Assembly (NCBI GenBank): GCA_016840035.1
Contig: JAEOTC010000085.1
Coordinates: 1 to 10,876 of the forward strand
Reading direction: 5' to 3'
DNA length: 10,876 nt
Origin: Candidatus Hodarchaeota archaeon
GTDB taxonomy: Archaea; Asgardarchaeota; Heimdallarchaeia; Hodarchaeales; Hodarchaeaceae
Below are positions 1-6,427 of the stretch, one piece after another; position 1 is the first letter of the stretch, and each line of letters begins with the position of its first letter. The notes under the pieces were generated by a model. It saw only the letters and a list, made by a program, of their open reading frames with translations, was not told where the DNA came from and did no database searches. Made by a program: the position numbers and the translations under genes.

Positions 1-1
1 G

Positions 2-256
2 TCTCTTGATCCGAGCAATGCCCAAAAACTCGGATTAAACGAAGCATTTGGTGTTTGGATGAACTTAACAAGAGATGAGCTACTTAGAGACGATGTTTTT
101 GTTACTCTTGATGAGAATCAAACTAGTGTTCTTACTAAGTCTATATCCTCAAATCCTACAAAAGCACGAGTATCAGGTTTTGAATGGACATTTCTCACTT
201 TCCTAATAATTGCTATAATTAAACGACATAGAATCAATCTTAAAACAAAGTTGTGA
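2..256 (+). CDS. 3' fragment of an exported/surface protein with a C-terminal PGF-CTERM/Heimdall-CTERM-like sorting and anchor signal (5' end lies outside the window)
   Basis: The frame is open from base 2 (SLDPSNAQKLGLNEAFGVW, then the 59..256 ORF), so ATG59 is probably internal. It ends in an S/T-rich linker (TSVLTKSISSNPT), SGFE, a hydrophobic stretch WTFLTFLIIAII and basic KRHR..K.K. Confidence 0.75.
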   Translation, partial: SLDPSNAQKLGLNEAFGVWMNLTRDELLRDDVFVTLDENQTSVLTKSISSNPTKARVSGFEWTFLTFLIIAIIKRHRINLKTKL

Positions 257-274
257 ACTGTATAGCAAAGCTAT

Positions 275-3112
275 CTACTCCCTTTGATTAAATGAAAGAA
301 TCTTGATTTCATGTGGATCAAAGGTGATTTCTCCAGTACCATCAGTTATTTGGATTGTTTCTTTGATAGTTCCATCAATACGTATGGATTTAGTCATTGA
401 AACACGTTTTGGAACATTTATAAATGTGTTAACTGATTTAGCAGAGATATTATACACGGTAGCCCAAATCTCTTTTTCTCGCAATCGAAGAGAGGAGATT
501 CGTATAGCTGGATCAAATACTTGAAGCATGGGTATCAATATTTCATCTAAAGGTTCTTTTTGAGGATAATATACTGTTGTAGGAGGTAGGGTGAAGAGTT
601 CAGCTTGATCATAGCTTGAATGCAAAGGATCCGATTTCTTGTGTAGCCAAATACTATATTCAAAAATATATGTCTCATTGATTTCTTGGGCACCAGGTGT
701 AGCTAAATACGGGCCAGCGTGTTCAGGCCGTTCTGGAATATCAGATCTCGATAACCATCCAATAGCACGAAGTAATGTTAAACTAAGTTGTGATTTATTG
801 ACAAGTTCGACTTCTGGTAATCCTTTATTGATCAGTGTAACAGCGGTTTTTCCCTTTGGATCATCAATCCGAATGAATGCCTTTTGGGGCTGAATTCCAC
901 TCGCTTCTTCCAGAAAATTTGGGTTCTGTTCTGGTACTCCTAGTCTTTTGATAGTACCAAAATGTGTTGAAGTCTTTGTCTGAGATGCCTCAAATGGTAG
1001 GGGAAAACAAACTCTTAATCTATGGTCTTGTGCTAAGTTGATTAGTTCTGTTTTTATATCAATTCGAGGAATATCCCGATAAAATCGAAATACCATCGAA
1101 ACAGGAATTGTAACTTTCCCAATTCGATTCTGTCTCGATTCATTAATCATTTCATATAATTCAAGATCTATAGTCTGTTCTATTTCCGCATAAACAGGCC
1201 CAGTAGTGCTTAGCTTTCTTTTAAGGATTTTTACTTTTACAAATTCTGGCCCAAGCCGTCCAAAAGTATATTCGTCTCCTCGATCTCCCCAATCTTCAAA
1301 GAAATGCAAATTTTTGTATTGAATCTTAGTTTGCTTCTCGTAAAGGTCAAATGTTCCATTCTTGGTAAACTTAACGGTATAGAATTCATTTTCAACTCGA
1401 TCTTTACTTATCTCAAACAGCTTTTCTGGCATGGAAGTATTTGGAGGGACATCATGATGTACTCTTAGCTTCGTAAAAGCCCAGGCATTGAGTGGAACTA
1501 AAGCCGTGTACGCTAGATGTGCTTCCTTTGTCACAAGAATGTGAAATTTTTTGTAATTCTTTTCTTCAATCAATTTTAAGAATTCATTCTTCATCTTATT
1601 AACATCGAAGTCTCCAACAGGCTGATCACCTACAATAATGCGTACTTGACAGAGATTGCCATTATCTTTGTCCGTAATTGTTGCCTCATTGAGGTAAATA
1701 CCCATGATTTGACGTCTTGGAAGTAATTTTAACAAATTTTTTAGCTTGAAGGGCCCTGTGGTCATTTCCCAGAGTTTTGTAGCAGAACTGCCAACTTCTT
1801 GAATCTCATAGTAATTCTTCTCGAAGCTAAGGTAACGAGGAGAGGTTTTCTCTGAGGAGGAAAAACTAACTAGAGCAGGAAGGTCGGAGGTATTTGTCGG
1901 GTTAAAACTTAGACAGAAAGAGTTCTTGGATATTTGATTTTGCACTGCTAAATGATCCTTATTTTCGTCTAAGATTGCTTCCACTATTGATACTGCTTGA
2001 GTATATCGTGTTTTCATCTCTAGATGTGTTTGGTCTATTGAACAACCACATATCGAATCATGTGGTTGATTATGGAGATGAAATCGCCAAGCTTCTAAGA
2101 GAAAAGAGCTTGGATAACTTTTCTTGTAAATCCACCAACAATATGCGCTTAATGGTTCCGCATACTTTACTAAGAGATCTTCAAGCTTCTGATTCCATTG
2201 TTTTATCCACATTCTTGCTGAATAAGTATCTTGGAGTAGATGTGCTCGTGCAGGGGATCTAAACTCACCTATATATTCCATAGCTTGATACCCTGTTGAC
2301 TCAATGGTTGAAGTTAATTTCTTGACATAATCAGAAAGGTTTCCTATTGATATCTCCATATTAGGGATTTGAAGTTTCTTCAGAGAATCAAAAATCCTGG
2401 TACTGGGAACTTGATGATCTGTTCCATAGTGTAACAGATAAACAGGGAGAGTAGAAGGTGTAAATTCGTCTAAATTCGCGATTAATTCTGGAATTATCTC
2501 TTGGAGTTTTTCCTCTTCATCTGGTAATCCTGATGCATTCCCATATCCAAATGGTAAATAAATACCTATCAGGGATCTTTTAGATTCAGTACTCCCCTTC
2601 CATTTAAAGGGAATTTCGGTGATTTGTAAAGGAACACCACGCCATACTACTGCAGTTGTTAGATAAGTAAGATCTCCTAGTAGTTGTGGGATCACATTTG
2701 AGTGACCAAACATATCAGGTAGATACCCCACATTCATTAAGGGAATATCAAAGCTGGTACTAAGGTCATAGGAGTATTCAAGATTTCGTATCAAACTTTC
2801 CTCTCCCACTAGCCAAATATCAGGAAGAAGGTACCAGGGGCCAACTATTATACGGCCTGCACGGATATAATCTAGAACTTCCTCTTTTCGTTCTGGCCGA
2901 ATCTCAAAATAGTCTTCTAACACTATAGTTTGTCCATCGAAGGTAAAAAAGAATTGATCATCCGTTTTCAACATTGTTAACAGTTCATCCACGAGTTTAA
3001 CAAGCTTAAAACGAAATGATTGGAAGGATAAATACCATTCACGATCCCAATGCGTATGCGGTGTAACAAAAACAGTTTTTACGCCCTCTTCTGACACGTT
3101 TGGTTTAGTCAA
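275..3112 (-). CDS. Glycoside hydrolase family 38 alpha-mannosidase (MngB/mannosylglycerate-hydrolase-like subgroup)
   Basis: 945 aa with GH38 motifs: PHTHWDREWY (Zn ligands), FTFDGQ, VGPWYLLPD, GYLPDMFGH (nucleophile Asp), GTDH (acid/base region), QPHDSICGCSID, DWGDRGDEY and LTLLRAIGWLSR. The TTG start has GGTGAT 5 nt upstream. Confidence 0.95.
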   Translation of the reverse strand: MTKPNVSEEGVKTVFVTPHTHWDREWYLSFQSFRFKLVKLVDELLTMLKTDDQFFFTFDGQTIVLEDYFEIRPERKEEVLDYIRAGRIIVGPWYLLPDIWLVGEESLIRNLEYSYDLSTSFDIPLMNVGYLPDMFGHSNVIPQLLGDLTYLTTAVVWRGVPLQITEIPFKWKGSTESKRSLIGIYLPFGYGNASGLPDEEEKLQEIIPELIANLDEFTPSTLPVYLLHYGTDHQVPSTRIFDSLKKLQIPNMEISIGNLSDYVKKLTSTIESTGYQAMEYIGEFRSPARAHLLQDTYSARMWIKQWNQKLEDLLVKYAEPLSAYCWWIYKKSYPSSFLLEAWRFHLHNQPHDSICGCSIDQTHLEMKTRYTQAVSIVEAILDENKDHLAVQNQISKNSFCLSFNPTNTSDLPALVSFSSSEKTSPRYLSFEKNYYEIQEVGSSATKLWEMTTGPFKLKNLLKLLPRRQIMGIYLNEATITDKDNGNLCQVRIIVGDQPVGDFDVNKMKNEFLKLIEEKNYKKFHILVTKEAHLAYTALVPLNAWAFTKLRVHHDVPPNTSMPEKLFEISKDRVENEFYTVKFTKNGTFDLYEKQTKIQYKNLHFFEDWGDRGDEYTFGRLGPEFVKVKILKRKLSTTGPVYAEIEQTIDLELYEMINESRQNRIGKVTIPVSMVFRFYRDIPRIDIKTELINLAQDHRLRVCFPLPFEASQTKTSTHFGTIKRLGVPEQNPNFLEEASGIQPQKAFIRIDDPKGKTAVTLINKGLPEVELVNKSQLSLTLLRAIGWLSRSDIPERPEHAGPYLATPGAQEINETYIFEYSIWLHKKSDPLHSSYDQAELFTLPPTTVYYPQKEPLDEILIPMLQVFDPAIRISSLRLREKEIWATVYNISAKSVNTFINVPKRVSMTKSIRIDGTIKETIQITDGTGEITFDPHEIKILSFNQRE

Positions 3113-3117
3113 GGAGT

Positions 3118-3123
3118 ATCACC
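3118..3123 (-). promoter_or_regulatory. Archaeal-type Shine-Dalgarno (GGTGAT) for the GH38 gene
   Basis: Plus-strand atcacc at 3118-3123 reads GGTGAT on the minus strand, 5 nt before TTG at 3112. Confidence 0.7.
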
Positions 3124-3255
3124 AGTGAAATGACGTACTGGAGAGAAGAAAGAACTGGGAAAAAAAGGTTTTTACGTGAGTAAAATCTATCTTGATTGGA
3201 TAAAGAATTGTAAGTGCGTGTTTCTTACATCAAATACAGTTCTCAACTCTCCTCA

Positions 3256-3270
3256 CGAAAATCTTAAATC
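3256..3270 (+). promoter_or_regulatory. Putative BRE + TATA box for the MFS transporter gene
   Basis: CGAAAAT followed by CTTAAATC resembles archaeal BRE-TATA. It predicts a TSS near 3293-3296 and a ~30-nt leader containing the SD AGGTGA (3314-3319). Confidence 0.5.
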
Positions 3271-3324
3271 TATATTTTTTGACATCATCCTATTTCAGAA
3301 TACTGCAGTATCTAGGTGAAAGGT

Positions 3325-4794
3325 ATGGAAAAGGTAAGAACAGATAATCTCACTGAACTTTTTGATGAGCGTTTACCTTTCAGATCAAAAGTAGCTTATG
3401 GGTTATCTCAAGGCTCTAGTGCCATCCTTAGCGGTATTGCGATTGGTACTGCAATCACCTTTTTCTACAATGTAAAATTAGGTTTAAATGAGGAATGGGC
3501 CTCTCTAGCATGGCTTTTGTTCGCGTTTTGGAATGCTATTAACGATCCTTTATTTGGTATACTCCAAGAACGTATTGATACAGATATGGGAAGACGAATT
3601 CCTGTTCTTCGCTTTGGCGCACCACTTTATGCTCTTACTTTTATTATTTGCTGGTTTCCATTTATGGGAAATACGCAAATAGCTCTCTTCTGGAATCTTT
3701 TACTCGTTCTCTTTTTGATCGACTCTATGTTCACGATGATTGGTTTAGTACTGACAGCATTACCTGCTGAGATGTGTCTAACGCAAGAAGCAAGATCTAA
3801 CCTTGGTTTGTACAATGCTGTTCTAGGAGCTACTGGTGGTGTATTGGCGGTGATACTCCCCTTAGTTTTACTCACCGATGAAACTTCAACCGAGCTCAAT
3901 CCTCTTTTCAAACCCATTATGATCTTGGTAGGAATAGTTGCTGGAACAATCTTGTTTATTGCAAGTCATTCATTGGTCGAAAACGAGTATGCACGAACTG
4001 AGGAACCCCTAGGTTTCATTGAATCAATGATTGAGACTTTGAAAAACAGGGAATTCCTCGCCTTTGAATCTAGTAATTTTATGCGAGAAGCAGCTTTTAC
4101 CATAATAATGGGATCCATGACCTATTTCTCGCAATATGTACTGAAATTACACGGTTTTTTAGCTTCCTTGTTATTATTTTCTGTCTTTATTCTCCTGCTG
4201 GTATCTAGCTTCATTGCTGATAGGATGGTGAAGATTTATGGCTTAAAACGAGTTTACATTGCCGGATTATTGCTAGCTAGTTGTGGCCTTGTAACTTTGT
4301 TTTTCTCGGGAGATTGGCTTGTTCCAGTGCTGCTGAGTTTTTCGATAGTTGGAATAGGGTTCGGTCCAGTGAATTTAATATTTAATCCACTGATGGCTGA
4401 TATAATGGACTACGATGAAATGTTAACTGGTAAAAGACGGGAAACAACTTATGCGGGTATGAACGCCTTACTCACTAAACCGGCTATTTCAATTGCGAAT
4501 GCTCTATTTCTGATAATTATCAGTAGGTTCGGGTTTGATAACACAGAATCTATCCAAACAGAATCAGCAGTCTTGGGAATTCAGTTAGCTTACTCCTTAG
4601 TTCCTGCAATCTTCTTCTTAATCAGTGCAATTACTTTATTTAAATGGTACAAACTAGATGGCAAACATTGGATAGCAAAAAAAGCAGAATTAGCAAAAAT
4701 ACATCTTCAGAAAGAAAGAGAATACATTGAACATCTTCAGAGAAAGGGAAAGATTTCCAAGGTTTATCAGAGACTATATAGAGAGAAATCGTAA
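3325..4794 (+). CDS. MFS transporter, glycoside-pentoside-hexuronide (GPH/MelB-like) family
   Basis: About 12 hydrophobic segments and GPH motifs KVAYG, WNAINDPLFG, DTDMGRRIP and ADIMDYDEMLTGKRRET. Start moved from GTG3316 to ATG3325 because AGGTGA (3314-3319) is an SD 5 nt upstream of that ATG. Confidence 0.92.
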   Translation: MEKVRTDNLTELFDERLPFRSKVAYGLSQGSSAILSGIAIGTAITFFYNVKLGLNEEWASLAWLLFAFWNAINDPLFGILQERIDTDMGRRIPVLRFGAPLYALTFIICWFPFMGNTQIALFWNLLLVLFLIDSMFTMIGLVLTALPAEMCLTQEARSNLGLYNAVLGATGGVLAVILPLVLLTDETSTELNPLFKPIMILVGIVAGTILFIASHSLVENEYARTEEPLGFIESMIETLKNREFLAFESSNFMREAAFTIIMGSMTYFSQYVLKLHGFLASLLLFSVFILLLVSSFIADRMVKIYGLKRVYIAGLLLASCGLVTLFFSGDWLVPVLLSFSIVGIGFGPVNLIFNPLMADIMDYDEMLTGKRRETTYAGMNALLTKPAISIANALFLIIISRFGFDNTESIQTESAVLGIQLAYSLVPAIFFLISAITLFKWYKLDGKHWIAKKAELAKIHLQKEREYIEHLQRKGKISKVYQRLYREKS

Positions 4795-4802
4795 GTTTGA
4801 CA

Positions 4803-5519
4803 TTAATCCGAAATACACAAATCCCTTAGAAACTGTTTAAATAGCTGTGGGGCAACTAATTCCGGTACATGTGTTGGTGTAGTCGTTTGAGCTTCTGTTC
4901 GGGGTAATGAATGCACTGTTGTTTCAGATGTTTGACCAACGGTATATAATTTTAGAAAGGCCAGGTCTAGCTCCCTTAAGTACTCAAATGACTGAAATGG
5001 AACAACTGGATCCTCAACATCCCAAAGAATATTGACATGTTTTTCCCACTTTCTTAGGTGATCTGCGAGTCTTTTCAGTCCCCCTGGAGCAATTAGTCCC
5101 AAAAGCTCAATTTTCTGGATTAATTCTACAGCAATTTCAATAGCTAATGCTCCACCTAAGCTTCTTCCACAAATGCCAATTTTTCGATTAGAGAATCGTC
5201 CAGTTAAATGATTTATCAATTCAACCAAACTAGCTTTTTTAATTTCAAATGTCTCTTCAATTTCCCTACCATAAAAATGTGATAAACCATTACCTAATGT
5301 ATCCACCTTGATAGCAATACAATGTTTATTTATTTGGTTTTGTAGAGGGTTCCAATGATTTACAGTTTGTGTTTTCTTACTTGCCCCATGTAGAAAAAAG
5401 ATGACTGGTTGATTCTCCTTAATCCTTTGATCTCGTATTCGCTCTATAGGAATTGATCTATAATGGATTTTTCCATAAGTACTTTCGAAATAATGAGATT
5501 CTTCAAGATTAGTACTCAT
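4803..5519 (-). CDS. Alpha/beta-fold serine hydrolase, capless (ABHD14-like spacing)
   Basis: FFLHGAS oxyanion loop, VDTLGNGLS, nucleophile elbow GRSLGG (5151-5168), WDVEDPVVP (catalytic Asp) and THVPE (catalytic His). ATG5519 is preferred to TTG5534 because a TATA box sits at -31..-24 from it. Confidence 0.88.
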   Translation of the reverse strand: MSTNLEESHYFESTYGKIHYRSIPIERIRDQRIKENQPVIFFLHGASKKTQTVNHWNPLQNQINKHCIAIKVDTLGNGLSHFYGREIEETFEIKKASLVELINHLTGRFSNRKIGICGRSLGGALAIEIAVELIQKIELLGLIAPGGLKRLADHLRKWEKHVNILWDVEDPVVPFQSFEYLRELDLAFLKLYTVGQTSETTVHSLPRTEAQTTTPTHVPELVAPQLFKQFLRDLCISD

Positions 5520-5542
5520 AAACCACACTTCCAAGATCTTTT

Positions 5543-5558
5543 GTTATAAATCTATTCT
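5543..5558 (-). promoter_or_regulatory. Putative BRE/TATA box (AGAATAGA-TTTATAAC) for a leaderless hydrolase transcript
   Basis: Minus-strand TTTATAAC at 5550..5543 lies 24-31 nt upstream of ATG5519, the spacing expected for an archaeal leaderless mRNA. Confidence 0.5.
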
Positions 5559-5643
5559 GGATTAGAATTTTGGGTATAGTTTTTGAGATGAAATAAATAA
5601 TCTCTTAAAAGAAAGATTACCTAACATTTCAATCAGTGATACT

Positions 5644-6186
5644 ATGGGAGAATATCAGGAAAAGGTCGAAAAACAACTGTGGACTATGCTTTGCTCCTCA
5701 AAAATTGATATTGGGAATAAGGAGGCATATCGACGTGTTTTCAAGCCTATATTTAAGATAAAGCATAAGGAAGCAGTCAAATTAGTTGAAGCTCCCCTAT
5801 GGTCGAAACTTTATTCCCTCACAAAAGAGATTCGAGATCCGAAAGAACTTCGGTCACAATTTATCTCCTTAACGAAATTCAATGTAGGAGAAGTCACAGA
5901 GCAGATCTGGAATATTATGCACCTCTCTGTGACTAAAACTTGTGATGAACGGACTTTTAAGGAACTTTACAAGCCTTTATTCAAAATAGACACAAAAAGA
6001 GCGGTGAAGTTCTTTGATGATCATTTGTGGGTGGCACTCTATTCCATTACTCAAAAAATTAGTGATCCTGAAGAAATGGGTAAGAAATTAAAATCACTTG
6101 TTCAACTCGATGTTAAACGTGCGGCTGAACTCATCAAAGAGATTGATCCCGAAAAACACCAGTTTCTACAATATTACAAGAGATAA
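5644..6186 (+). CDS. Hypothetical alpha-helical tandem-repeat protein (two 76-aa units, each made of two ~36-40-aa subunits)
   Basis: 180-aa ORF with AGTGAT before the ATG. Internal duplication at an exact 76-aa offset: QLW/QIW (11-13/87-89), FKPIFKI/YKPLFKI, AVK/AVK, LWSKLYSLT/LWVALYSIT, IRDP/ISDP. Confidence 0.85.
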   Translation: MGEYQEKVEKQLWTMLCSSKIDIGNKEAYRRVFKPIFKIKHKEAVKLVEAPLWSKLYSLTKEIRDPKELRSQFISLTKFNVGEVTEQIWNIMHLSVTKTCDERTFKELYKPLFKIDTKRAVKFFDDHLWVALYSITQKISDPEEMGKKLKSLVQLDVKRAAELIKEIDPEKHQFLQYYKR

Positions 6187-6361
6187 TGATGATTAATGTA
6201 TATTGTATGATATCAGTCTATTATGAATACGTTAAGAGAATTCTCGCTATTTTATCTTCTAGTAGGCCTTGTACTGTTTACTATTTACTGTCTATCAAAA
6301 ATGTGATAGGTAATTTTGATAATCCTTCATTCTATTCAATTCTTGCTCCTTCATTTGCCTC

Positions 6362-6379
6362 AAAAACCAACTATATAAC
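6362..6379 (+). promoter_or_regulatory. Putative promoter (A-rich BRE-like + TATATAA) for the 1039-aa fusion gene
   Basis: AAAAACCAAC-TATATAAC, with TATATAA at 6372-6378, about 50 nt upstream of GTG6428. Confidence 0.4.
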
Positions 6380-6427
6380 TCGATGAGAGTTAGGAGTAAA
6401 AGCAGAATAGACTTGGAATGGGCTTAA

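Noticed and set aside
303-2262. Plus-strand ORFs 303..524, 639..893 and 1975..2262
   Set aside because: Short antisense shadows inside the well-supported GH38 gene, with no recognisable motifs.
3627-3917. 96-aa minus-strand ORF
   Set aside because: Antisense to the MFS transporter; no motifs.
4700-4741. Direct repeat ACATCTTCAGA in the MFS 3' end
   Set aside because: Only two short copies, both encoding HLQ in a helical tail; not a CRISPR repeat or target-site duplication.
3325-4794. Transporter as an MFSD2A-like lysolipid importer linked to the acyltransferase
   Set aside because: Same family, but no specific sequence support; the divergent GH38 points more simply to glycoside uptake.
6186-6386. 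66-aa plus-strand ORF overlapping the stop of the repeat protein (TAATG)
   Set aside because: The stop/start overlap is suggestive, but the composition is that of AT-rich intergenic DNA (Y/I/S/N-rich), it has no motif, and it runs over the putative TATA of the next gene. Not fully excluded.
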